Positions 30,181-38,757 of a stretch of DNA of 64,000 nt are shown piece after piece. The stretch covers positions 23-64,022 of the forward strand of contig CASEIJ010000022.1 in assembly GCA_949288035.1 (NCBI GenBank), read 5' to 3'. The notes below the pieces were generated by a model, which ran no database searches, was not told the origin of the DNA, and was given only the letters and a program-made list of their open reading frames with translations. The DNA is from an uncultured Mycoplasmatota bacterium. GTDB lineage: Bacteria > Bacillota_I > Bacilli_A > RF39 > UBA660. Numbering within the stretch: the stretch's first letter is position 1; every line of letters starts with the position of its first letter. Both the position numbers and the translations under genes were made by a program.

Positions 30181-31107
30181 ATGAGAAATAAAGTAGTGAT
30201 TATTGGATGTGGCAATGTTGGTATGAGTTATGCTTATGCATTAATCAATCAAAAGACATTTGTTACGGATTTGGTATTAATTGATATTGATTCCAAGCGT
30301 GTTGAGGGAGAAGCTATGGATTTAAGTCATGGAATTCCTTTTGCTCCTAGTAAGGTTAATGTGAAGGCAGGTACTTATGAAGATTGTAAAGATGCGAAAA
30401 TTGTATGTATTTGTGCGGGTGCAAATCAAAAACCAGGAGAGACAAGACTTGATTTAATTAAAAAGAATTATCAAATTTTTAAAAGTTTAATACCACAGGT
30501 TATGAATAGTGGTTTTCAAGGTATCTTTTTGGTGGCTACTAATCCTGTTGATGCGATGAGTTATTTTACGTATCGTTTATCAGGACTACCAGCTAGTCAT
30601 GTGATTGGATCAGGAACGACACTTGATACTTCTCGTTTACGTTTTTTGATTAGTGAGAAATTAGGGATTAATGCGAAGAATATTCATGCATATGTTTTAG
30701 GGGAACATGGTGATAGTGAGTTTGTTCCATGGAGTCATGCTAGTGTGGGACTTGATTTGATTACTTCTTATTTGAGTGAAGCAGAAAGAAACAAACTTTG
30801 TGATGAAGTAAAGAATGCAGCTTATGAAGTGATTCAACGAAAAGGGGTTACCAATTATGGGATTGGAATGTGTCTGGTACGTATTACCAATGCGATATTA
30901 GGGGATGAAAATACAATTTTATCTGTTTCTACTTATCATGAAAAAGAGAAAGTATTTATTAGTACACCAAGTATTATGAATCATGAAGGTGTTAAAAAAC
31001 AAGTTTTATTTCCATTAACAGAAGAAGAGCAAGTGCGTTTAGATCATTCTATGAAAGTCATTCGAGAGGCTATTTTATCAGTCGAACATGAGAGTACTAA
31101 CGATTAA
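30181..31107 (+). CDS. ldh: L-lactate dehydrogenase
   Basis: KVVIIGCGNVGMSYAYAL, ICAGANQKPGETRLDL, GEHGDSEFVPWS. Confidence 0.85.
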   Translation: MRNKVVIIGCGNVGMSYAYALINQKTFVTDLVLIDIDSKRVEGEAMDLSHGIPFAPSKVNVKAGTYEDCKDAKIVCICAGANQKPGETRLDLIKKNYQIFKSLIPQVMNSGFQGIFLVATNPVDAMSYFTYRLSGLPASHVIGSGTTLDTSRLRFLISEKLGINAKNIHAYVLGEHGDSEFVPWSHASVGLDLITSYLSEAERNKLCDEVKNAAYEVIQRKGVTNYGIGMCLVRITNAILGDENTILSVSTYHEKEKVFISTPSIMNHEGVKKQVLFPLTEEEQVRLDHSMKVIREAILSVEHESTND

Positions 31108-31495
31108 AGAACCATTTGCCTCTCTCGTTGCTTATCGGATTAAGAGAATAGAAACGAGAAGTTGGAAAACAAAATACCGTGGAGAAATTTATATCCATGC
31201 TGGTCTTGCCAAAGTAAATGTCAAAGATAAGCGTATTGCGCATTTGCTTTCCTATCTTCCAAATCCTACACCAAAGTACGGTGAAATTATCGCCAAAGCC
31301 AATCTAGTTGATTGTGTCTTTATGGGTGATGCTTTTTTAAAACAAATTAAAGAAAATCCTGTCGAGTATGAATGTGGACACTATGAATATGGTCGCTATG
31401 CATGGATATTGGAAGATGTCGAATTATTAGAAAATCCCATTTCTGCTAAAGGGAAATTGGGTATATGGTACTATGAAAACAGCAATCGTAACTGA
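31088..31495 (+). CDS. ASCH domain protein
   Basis: MRVLTIKEPFASLVAYRIKRIETRSWKTKYRGEIYIHA is a typical ASCH N-terminus. Confidence 0.65.
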   Translation: MRVLTIKEPFASLVAYRIKRIETRSWKTKYRGEIYIHAGLAKVNVKDKRIAHLLSYLPNPTPKYGEIIAKANLVDCVFMGDAFLKQIKENPVEYECGHYEYGRYAWILEDVELLENPISAKGKLGIWYYENSNRN

Positions 31496-31502
31496 TTGCT
31501 GT

Positions 31503-32399
31503 TTATAGTTTATCTAAATAAGATGTGAAACCTGCTTCTTTCATTTTTTCTTTCGAAATAAATTTTAAAGCGGCACTATTGATACAATAACGTTTCCCAC
31601 CTAATTCTTCAGGACCATCTTGAAAGACATGTCCTAAATGGTTATGACTGCTTTTAGAAATGACTTCTGTACGAATCATAAAATGAGATAAATCTAATTT
31701 TTTTTGAATACAATGCTCATCAATTGGCTTCGTAAAACATGGCCAACCACAGTCAGATGGAAATTTATCTTTCGAAGAAAAAAGCGGCATATTAGTATCG
31801 ATATCCACATAAATTCCTTTTTCTTTATGATTCCAATAGGCATTTTCAAAAGGTGGCTCTGTTTTCTTTTCTTTTGTTACATAAAAAGAAATTGGTTTTC
31901 TTTTCATATTGTTTTCCGCATCAATCATTTGTAATTTGTTATATGATACCTGACAAGGACTTTGAGGATGTTTTCGTAAATAATCTTGGTGGTAATCTTC
32001 TGCTTTCACATAATTTTTTAAAGGAAGACATTCAATTTTTATTTTACGATGATAATGCGTCTGTAGTTTTTTTAAGGAATAGGAAATAATTTTATAGTCG
32101 TCAGGATTGGTATAATAAATTCCTGTTCGATATTGACCTCTTTTTAATTTTGTTGGTGGAATTAGTTCATAAAAGAAATCGAGAAGTCTTGTTAAAGAAA
32201 TCTGGTAGGGATGATATGCTACTTTTACAACTTCTACATGCCCACTTCCTTTACATACTTCTTCATATGTCGGATGTTCTGTCTTGCCATTGGCATATCC
32301 GACTTCAGTTTCTATAACCCCATCAATTCTACGAAAATATTCTTGAACTGTCCAAAAACAACCACCTGCTAAGTAAAGTTCTTTCATATATTTCACCAT
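31503..32399 (-). CDS. msrAB: Bifunctional methionine sulfoxide reductase MsrA/MsrB
   Basis: N-terminal LAGGCFWTVQEYF (MsrA). C-terminal GWPCF...HLGHVFQDGP...RYCINSAAL (MsrB). Confidence 0.85.
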   Translation of the reverse strand: MVKYMKELYLAGGCFWTVQEYFRRIDGVIETEVGYANGKTEHPTYEEVCKGSGHVEVVKVAYHPYQISLTRLLDFFYELIPPTKLKRGQYRTGIYYTNPDDYKIISYSLKKLQTHYHRKIKIECLPLKNYVKAEDYHQDYLRKHPQSPCQVSYNKLQMIDAENNMKRKPISFYVTKEKKTEPPFENAYWNHKEKGIYVDIDTNMPLFSSKDKFPSDCGWPCFTKPIDEHCIQKKLDLSHFMIRTEVISKSSHNHLGHVFQDGPEELGGKRYCINSAALKFISKEKMKEAGFTSYLDKL

Positions 32400-32412
32400 T
32401 TTTAATATGGTA

Positions 32413-32916
32413 TTATTTTTTTAATTCATTCGTATATACTTTCATCTTTTGGTATTCTTTTATCAGGATTTGTTCTATTCCTTTTTTACAATAAGCGGGA
32501 GAAGTAGAAGGAAGTGAAATCGCCTTTATTTTTGTTTTGGGATAGATATATTTTTGATAGAGTTGGTATGCTTTTTTACCAGTTGTAAAAATAGTCTGAA
32601 TTTGACTTTGCTTTAAAATTTCGGTTAAATCATTGGGAACTACATTTTTAATAGAACTATCACTGGAACCATCTATATCACAACTTTTTATTACATCAAA
32701 AAGAGCAATATGATGCTTTTTTAGAAATTGAATTTTACTTGTTATACTGTCATCGATTGTTTCTTCGTATATCGCTGATAGGGTAGACCAAAAACGATTT
32801 TTAGGATGCCCATAATAAAAACCGATTTCCTTTGATTTAATAGAGGGCATACTACCTAAAATTAAAACTTTTGAGTGCTTATCATAAATAGGTTCTAAGG
32901 TATGATATACTTTCAT
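32413..32916 (-). CDS. DNA-deoxyinosine glycosylase (UDG superfamily)
   Basis: LILGSMPSIKSKEIGFYYGHPKNRFW motif. 167 aa. Confidence 0.65.
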   Translation of the reverse strand: MKVYHTLEPIYDKHSKVLILGSMPSIKSKEIGFYYGHPKNRFWSTLSAIYEETIDDSITSKIQFLKKHHIALFDVIKSCDIDGSSDSSIKNVVPNDLTEILKQSQIQTIFTTGKKAYQLYQKYIYPKTKIKAISLPSTSPAYCKKGIEQILIKEYQKMKVYTNELKK

Positions 32917-32990
32917 AAAATCACCATACTTAGTATAGAATAAATGTTACAAAAAGACAAATGTTTGATAAAATAGAAATAGGTGATTAT

Positions 32991-33233
32991 ATGTTATTTT
33001 CAAAAAAGAGACCAATCATTTTAAAGATTGAAGGAATGCACTGTGATGCCTGTAAAAAAAGAATTATGAATGTATTAAAAAGTAACTTCCATATTAAAAA
33101 ATGTGATATTTCTCTAGAAGAAAAGAAAGCAATTTTATGGTTGGATGATAAAATTGATATAGAAGAAATAAAAAAGAGGATAGAAGCGTTGGATTTTCAA
33201 GTAACTGATATCGAGGAACCATCTCATGATTGA
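32991..33233 (+). CDS. Heavy-metal-associated (CopZ-like) domain protein
   Basis: GMHCDACKKRI metal-binding motif. ATG at 32991 follows AGGTGAT. Confidence 0.65.
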   Translation: MLFSKKRPIILKIEGMHCDACKKRIMNVLKSNFHIKKCDISLEEKKAILWLDDKIDIEEIKKRIEALDFQVTDIEEPSHD

Positions 33234-33699
33234 AAAAACAAATGTCATGCGTATTTTAGATAGAAATCACATTTCCTATAAAAGTTATTGTTATAAAGAT
33301 ACCAATGCAATCAGTGGTATCGAAGTAGCGGAAGTTTTACATGAAAATCCAGATCAAGTATTAAAAACATTGGTGACTATTTCCAAAGAAAAACATATCT
33401 ATGTGTTTATGGTACCAGTTTCCAAAGAGTTAGATTTAAAAAAAGCTGCCAAAGTAGTTTCTGAAAAATCTTTAGAAATGTTAAAACAAAAAGATTTACT
33501 TCCTACAACTGGATATGTTCATGGTGGTTGTTCTCCAATTGGGATGAAAAAAGAATTTCCAGTTGTGCTTGCAAAACAAGTAGAAAAATTCGATCATATT
33601 ATTTTTAGTGCTGGGAAAGTAGGTTATCAAGTAGAAATGTCTTTATCACAATTATTAGATTTTAGACAAGCAAAGTTAGCTGATATTATAAAAGAGTAG
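33226..33699 (+). CDS. ybaK: Cys-tRNA(Pro)/Cys-tRNA(Cys) deacylase YbaK
   Basis: TNVMRILDRNHISYKSY..., GYVHGGCSPIGMKK is the YbaK/EbsC editing domain. Confidence 0.75.
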   Translation: MIEKTNVMRILDRNHISYKSYCYKDTNAISGIEVAEVLHENPDQVLKTLVTISKEKHIYVFMVPVSKELDLKKAAKVVSEKSLEMLKQKDLLPTTGYVHGGCSPIGMKKEFPVVLAKQVEKFDHIIFSAGKVGYQVEMSLSQLLDFRQAKLADIIKE

Positions 33700-33709
33700 G
33701 AGAGATTAT

Positions 33710-34021
33710 ATGGAATTTATATGGATTATTTATTGGTTGTTTTTATTATTGAGCTTTATATTCAGTATCTTTATTACATGGAAGTATCATCGTAAGACAG
33801 GAATGATTCAATTATTACTAACGATTGTGATTCCTATCTGGGCGTTATATTTGACAGTCGCTACGAACTGGGTAGGAAGTGGAACAAATGAATTTATGCA
33901 TATGTTTGAACTTGCTGTTGATGGATCTATCTCTGCCATTGGTATTATGTTTGGCTATTTAGTACTCATCGGATTCTTTATTTATCACATTTTTTTACTA
34001 GTAACTTTAAGAAAAAAATAA
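33710..34021 (+). CDS. Small integral membrane protein
   Basis: 103 aa with three hydrophobic helices. Confidence 0.45.
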   Translation: MEFIWIIYWLFLLLSFIFSIFITWKYHRKTGMIQLLLTIVIPIWALYLTVATNWVGSGTNEFMHMFELAVDGSISAIGIMFGYLVLIGFFIYHIFLLVTLRKK

Positions 34022-34039
34022 AGTTACTTTTTCTTTCTC

Positions 34040-34070
34040 TTGACTTAAAGTCAACTCTAAGTGTTATACT
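34040..34070 (+). promoter_or_regulatory. MerR-type promoter (19-bp spacer) with dyad over the -35
   Basis: TTGACT-TAA-AGTCAA perfect dyad (34040-34054). -35 TTGACT, 19-nt spacer, -10 TATACT (34065-34070). Confidence 0.5.
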
Positions 34071-34092
34071 AACAATGGAAGGTGATAATAAC

Positions 34093-34419
34093 ATGGTAAA
34101 ACAAACTGCCGGAAGAGAACAATTAGGTGATTTTGCTCCTAAATTCGCTCAGTTAAATGATGACGTATTATTTGGAGAAGTGTGGTCTAGAGAAGATAAA
34201 CTATCTTTAAGGGATCGCTCTATGATTACAGTGATCGCATTAATAAGTAAAGGAATTTTAGATTCCAGCTTAGAGAGTCATTTGATTAATGCTAAAAAGA
34301 ATGGGATTACAAAAGAAGAAATGGCAGAGATGATTACCCATGCTGCATTTTATGCCGGATGGCCAAATGCCTGGGCAGTATTTAGAATGGCCAAAGAAGT
34401 ATACGAGGAGGAAGCATAA
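34093..34419 (+). CDS. Carboxymuconolactone decarboxylase (CMD/AhpD-like) family protein
   Basis: FGEVWSREDKLSLRDRSMITVIAL...THAAFYAGWPNAW. ATG at 34093 follows AAGGTGA. Confidence 0.7.
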   Translation: MVKQTAGREQLGDFAPKFAQLNDDVLFGEVWSREDKLSLRDRSMITVIALISKGILDSSLESHLINAKKNGITKEEMAEMITHAAFYAGWPNAWAVFRMAKEVYEEEA

Positions 34420-34850
34420 TGGATAAAAAAGAATTTGATAAAGTGAATGTATTTGGACTTGGAGAACCGAACAATGCTTACGCACAGTATTTTATTGGAC
34501 AGAGTTATTTAAATCCACTTACAGATCCAAATAAGACGAATGTTTTTCTAGCAAATGTAACATTCGAACCTGGTTGTAGAAATAACTGGCATATTCACCA
34601 TGCGAAAAGTGGTGGGGGACAACTTTTAATTTGTACCGCTGGATCTGGTTGGTATCAAGAAGAAGGAAAAGAGGCTGTATCATTAGAACCTGGTATGGTC
34701 ATTACAATTCCTGCAAATGTAAAACATTGGCATGGAGCCAAAAAAGATACTTGGTTTAGCCATATTGCTGTAGAAGTACCTGGTGAAGAAACACAAAATG
34801 AATGGTGTGAAGCAGTTACTGATGAAGAATATGAGAAATTAGAAAAATAA
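34419..34850 (+). CDS. Cupin domain protein
   Basis: FEPGCRNNWHIHHA...GQLLICTAG...IPANVKHWHGA is the cupin motif. Overlaps the stop of the CMD gene. Confidence 0.7.
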   Translation: MDKKEFDKVNVFGLGEPNNAYAQYFIGQSYLNPLTDPNKTNVFLANVTFEPGCRNNWHIHHAKSGGGQLLICTAGSGWYQEEGKEAVSLEPGMVITIPANVKHWHGAKKDTWFSHIAVEVPGEETQNEWCEAVTDEEYEKLEK

Positions 34851-34867
34851 AAAGGAGGAATGACAAT

Positions 34868-35338
34868 ATGAATCCAGATAAATTGCTAGTAGTTTACTAT
34901 TCCTATGGAGGAAATACGGAACAAATTGTAAACATGATTCAAAAACAAAAAGATTGTGATGTTTTGAAATTAGAATCACTTGTTCCATATACAAATGATT
35001 ATCAAGCATTGGTAGATGAAGAGGAAAGTAAAATGGAACAAGAAGAAATGGTAGAATTAAAACCATATGATATAGATATATCGAAGTATTCTAAAATTGT
35101 ATTAGGAACTCCAGTATGGTGGTATACCATGTCTCCTGTTATGAGAAGCTTCTTGAAACAAACAGATTTAATAGGAAAAGAAGTATCAGCGATTATTACC
35201 AATGGTGGTTTTTTAGGACATGCATTAGAAGAAATTAAAAAGTATACTCCACTAAAAAGTAGTATGAATATTGTATTTCAAGGACATGATTTAGATACAA
35301 AGCAAGAGTTGATTGCTGATTGGATTTCTAAATTATAA
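34868..35338 (+). CDS. Flavodoxin-like protein
   Basis: KLLVVYYSYGGNTEQI..., LGTPVWWYTMSP. Confidence 0.65.
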   Translation: MNPDKLLVVYYSYGGNTEQIVNMIQKQKDCDVLKLESLVPYTNDYQALVDEEESKMEQEEMVELKPYDIDISKYSKIVLGTPVWWYTMSPVMRSFLKQTDLIGKEVSAIITNGGFLGHALEEIKKYTPLKSSMNIVFQGHDLDTKQELIADWISKL

Positions 35339-35342
35339 AAAA

Positions 35343-35368
35343 AAGCTACTAACCATCGTTAGTAGCTT
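35343..35368. terminator. Hairpin between the convergent flavodoxin and collagen-like genes
   Basis: aagctactaac-catc-gttagtagctt. The A-run on the + side gives a U-run for the minus-strand transcript. Confidence 0.55.
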
Positions 35369-35384
35369 AAAGAAAGATTACAAT

Positions 35385-36188
35385 TTAAAAAATTCTAGTA
35401 ATAGATACACAGCCTGAGTATAGATCGTTTGGTACTAATCTTAAATCGACATCAGAAGTATTAATTAGTCGATAACTTGCTCCTGGAAGAGCTTCAAAGA
35501 TTGCATTTCCACTAATCGTACCAGTATCACAACAAGTTAATTTATTGTGCGTAGAAGAGTGTGCAATTAAGATATCTTCTGGCCAGAATTGGTGGAATTC
35601 AATACCTAAAGTTTTTGGTTCACAACTTTCATCATTCTTATCACTATGTCTTACATTAATCCACCAATGAATGATATAAATACCGGCTTCTGGAATTGAG
35701 AAGTCACCAGTGTTTGGATTATATGTAATTTTATTAGAGATGTTTGTTGTTTGGAATAAAACAGGTTGTTGTACACCGACAGTAGAATTGGTTTCATCAT
35801 GAACCATAGCATAGCTATCTAATAGTGTTCCTGGACCTGCAGGACCAGTCGCACCAGTTGCTCCGGTAGCTCCAGTGGCACCAGTAGCGCCAGTCGTACC
35901 TGTAGGTCCTTGAATACCTTGAGGACCGGTTGGACCTGTTACACCCGTTGCTCCAGTGGCCCCGGTAGCCCCAGTTGCACCTGTAGGTCCTTGAATACCT
36001 TGAGGACCAGTTGCTCCAGTTGCCCCAGTTGCTCCGGTAGCACCAGTATATCCTCTAGGACCAGTTGGCCCGGTTGGTCCAGTAGGACCAGTCGCACCTT
36101 TTTTACAGATGCAGTCAATGACTTTGCATAAGCATTCATCGTTTGATTTGTTTGTCCCATTTGTAATGTTTTCTATTGATTCGTTCAT
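35385..36188 (-). CDS. Collagen-like triple-helix repeat protein with BclA/C1q-like C-terminal domain (probable spore-surface protein)
   Basis: About 29 G-X-Y triplets ([22 protein letters not shown]...), then a beta-rich C-terminal domain. Cys-rich N-terminus [21 protein letters not shown]. Confidence 0.8.
   Translation of the reverse strand: MNESIENITNGTNKSNDECLCKVIDCICKKGATGPTGPTGPTGPRGYTGATGATGATGATGPQGIQGPTGATGATGATGATGVTGPTGPQGIQGPTGTTGATGATGATGATGATGPAGPGTLLDSYAMVHDETNSTVGVQQPVLFQTTNISNKITYNPNTGDFSIPEAGIYIIHWWINVRHSDKNDESCEPKTLGIEFHQFWPEDILIAHSSTHNKLTCCDTGTISGNAIFEALPGASYRLINTSDVDLRLVPNDLYSGCVSITRIF
35832..36098 (-). repeat. GXY (mainly GAT/GPT) collagen-like 9-bp periodic repeat tract
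   Basis: Runs of ggtgctact / ggaccaact-type triplets. Internal duplication of [10 protein letters not shown](A/T)TGATGATGATG. Locally much more GC-rich than the surroundings. Confidence 0.85.
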
Positions 36189-36321
36189 TTTCTTCCTCCT
36201 TTCACGATATCATATGATGGGAAGAAAAATGTTCGTGAGCAAATAACTACTAATTATAAAAAAAGTCAAAAATGTGTTTTTACATTGATAAATCCGTTTA
36301 GTGGATAAAGGTGGTGATGAA

Positions 36322-36684
36322 ATGACAATCAAGGAAGTAAGTGAGAAATATGACATCTCTGAAGCAACATTACGTTATTATGAAAAAGAAGGGATATTAC
36401 TTCCTGTTAAAAGAAAAAATGGTATTCGCTGCTATACAGAAGAAAATTTACGTAATATTGAATTTGTACAGTGCATGCGTAATTCCGGCATGAGTATTGA
36501 AAGATTAAAAAAGTATATTATGCTTACAATTGGACAAAATACAGAACGTGAAAGAAAAGAAATTTTAGAAGAGCAACGTAGTGAGATTAAAGAAAAGATG
36601 AAACAGTTAGAAGACAGTTTAGAACGTTTAAATTATAAGATTGAAAATTATGAGAAATTACTAAAAAATAAGGAGGAATGTTAA
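36322..36684 (+). CDS. MerR-family transcriptional regulator
   Basis: MTIKEVSEKYDISEATLRYYEKEGIL HTH, then a coiled-coil dimerisation helix. Confidence 0.8.
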   Translation: MTIKEVSEKYDISEATLRYYEKEGILLPVKRKNGIRCYTEENLRNIEFVQCMRNSGMSIERLKKYIMLTIGQNTERERKEILEEQRSEIKEKMKQLEDSLERLNYKIENYEKLLKNKEEC

Positions 36685-37569
36685 ATGGAAAAAGCAAAAG
36701 TATATTTTACAAAAGAAATTACACCAGAAAGTTTAATTAAGATGTATGAAACGTTAGGAAAAAAATTAGAGGGAAATGTTGCAGTTAAAATGCATTCTGG
36801 TGAAAAGGGAAATCAAAATTATCTAAGACCAGAATTTGTCAAGGATATAGTTAAGTATGTAAATGGGACAGTGGTAGAATGTAATACTGCTTATGAAGGG
36901 GCTAGAAATTCCACTGAAAAACATAGAGAATTAATTAAAGAACACGAATGGGAAAAATATTTTCCATTTGATCTATTGGATGCTGAAGGACCAGATATGG
37001 AATTAGAGATTCCAAATGGGAAAGTATTAAAAAAGAATTATGTTGGAAAAGATTTAAAAAATTATGATTCTATGCTAGTATTATCTCATTTCAAAGGCCA
37101 TGCAATGGGTGGATATGGAGGTGCATTAAAACAATTATCGATTGGTTGTGCATCTTCTAAAGGAAAAACCTTAATTCATACTGCAGGAGTTACTGATGAT
37201 CAAACAGAATTATTTCAAAATCTACCAGAACAGGATCGTTTCTTAGAAGCAATGGCAGATGCAGCATCTAGTGTTGTAGATTACTTTAAAGGAAATATTG
37301 TCTATATCAATGTGATGAAGAATATTTCTGTTGATTGTGATTGTGATGGTAATGCAAAAGCACCTTGTATGCAAGATATTGGTATTTTAGCAAGTTTAGA
37401 TCCAATTGCAATTGATCAGGCATGTTTAGATCTTGTATATGGATCTAATGATCCAGGAAAAGAACAATTAATTCAAAGAATTGAATCATTACATGGAGTT
37501 CATACAGTTGAAGCAGCAAATGAACTTGGCTTTGGAACGAGAGCATATGAATTAATTTCTATCGATTAA
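36685..37569 (+). CDS. DUF362-like protein with Cys cluster
   Basis: KVYFTKEITPESL... N-terminus and a VDCDCDGN cluster. Start abuts the MerR stop. Confidence 0.5.
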   Translation: MEKAKVYFTKEITPESLIKMYETLGKKLEGNVAVKMHSGEKGNQNYLRPEFVKDIVKYVNGTVVECNTAYEGARNSTEKHRELIKEHEWEKYFPFDLLDAEGPDMELEIPNGKVLKKNYVGKDLKNYDSMLVLSHFKGHAMGGYGGALKQLSIGCASSKGKTLIHTAGVTDDQTELFQNLPEQDRFLEAMADAASSVVDYFKGNIVYINVMKNISVDCDCDGNAKAPCMQDIGILASLDPIAIDQACLDLVYGSNDPGKEQLIQRIESLHGVHTVEAANELGFGTRAYELISID

Positions 37570-37632
37570 CAAGATATATTGTCTCGTTTTTTTTCTTTGT
37601 GCTATAATGTTATAAAGTAGAAGAGGTGTAAG

Positions 37633-38757
37633 ATGATAGAATTTCAAAATGTTTCAAAAACATATAAGAAAACAACAGTACTTTCTAACATTAATTTAAA
37701 AATAGAAGATGGTAATTTAGTTTGTTTGATTGGTGAGAGTGGTTGCGGAAAGACGACAACTTTGAAAATGATTAATCGCCTAATTACTCCAACTACAGGA
37801 CAAATATTATTTGATGGAGAGGATATCTCTAAAAAAGACATTATTAAGTTAAGACGAAGTATTGGTTATGTAATTCAACAAACTGGTTTATTTCCTCATA
37901 TGACAGTTCGAGAAAATATTGAATTGATTTCTAAATTAAAAAAAGAGCCCATTGAAAAAATACATAAAAAAACATTAGAAATGATGAATATGGTAGGGCT
38001 AGAAGCCGAAAAGTATTTAGATCGATATCCTACAGAATTATCAGGTGGACAACAACAGAGAATTGGAGTAGCTCGTGCGTTTGCAACCGATCCGAATATT
38101 ATTTTAATGGATGAACCATTTAGTGCTTTAGATCCAATGACTAGAACTTCTTTACAAGATGAATTAATGAAACTACAGGAACAGTTTCATAAAACCATTG
38201 TCTTTGTCACGCATGATATGGATGAAGCAATTAAAATAGCTGATAAAATATGTATTATGGATGGTGGGCGTATTGTTCAATACGATACTCCAGAACAAAT
38301 TTTAAAACATCCTAAAAATGATTTTGTAAAGAACTTTGTAGGTCCAAAACGTATTTGGACTAACCCAGAATTCATTAAAGTAAGAGATATTATGGTAACA
38401 CGTCCAGTTACTTGTTCTAAAAATTTATCTATCTTCCAATGTATTAATAGAATGAAAATGATGAAAGTAGATACTTTAATGGTTACAGAAAAAGATGGTA
38501 CTTATTTAGGTAGTTTACATGCTTCTAAGTTAAATGAAAATAGTGATGTCCATGCGAAAGTAGAGGAATACATGGATCGAGATAATATTCGTGCGAATGA
38601 AGAAGACTCCATTGTTGATGTATTAAAGATTGTAGATAAACAGGGATTGTCAACACTTCCGGTTGTAAATGATAAGGGAAAATTAACTGGTTTTGTGACT
38701 CGTAGTAGTTTAATTACTTCTCTTAGTCAGCAATTTTTAACAGGAGGTGAGAAATAA
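37633..38757 (+). CDS. opuCA: Glycine betaine/choline ABC transporter ATP-binding protein with tandem CBS domains
   Basis: GESGCGKTT, LSGGQQQRIGVARA, ILMDEPFSALD. C-terminal CBS pair. Confidence 0.8.
   Translation: MIEFQNVSKTYKKTTVLSNINLKIEDGNLVCLIGESGCGKTTTLKMINRLITPTTGQILFDGEDISKKDIIKLRRSIGYVIQQTGLFPHMTVRENIELISKLKKEPIEKIHKKTLEMMNMVGLEAEKYLDRYPTELSGGQQQRIGVARAFATDPNIILMDEPFSALDPMTRTSLQDELMKLQEQFHKTIVFVTHDMDEAIKIADKICIMDGGRIVQYDTPEQILKHPKNDFVKNFVGPKRIWTNPEFIKVRDIMVTRPVTCSKNLSIFQCINRMKMMKVDTLMVTEKDGTYLGSLHASKLNENSDVHAKVEEYMDRDNIRANEEDSIVDVLKIVDKQGLSTLPVVNDKGKLTGFVTRSSLITSLSQQFLTGGEK

Noticed and set aside
31088-31495. The two ASCH-domain genes (31088-31495 and 42288-42650) as components of a toxin or defence module
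   Set aside because: Both are single small genes among metabolic or repair genes with no partner ORF, and their composition is unremarkable. Nothing in the sequence supports a system-level role.
35910-36160. Two 73-aa ORFs (35910-36131 + and 35939-36160 -) overlapping the collagen-like gene
   Set aside because: They are artefacts of the stop-free GC-rich GXY repeat. Only the 35385-36188 minus-strand frame has an RBS, a non-repetitive N-terminus and a folded C-terminal domain.
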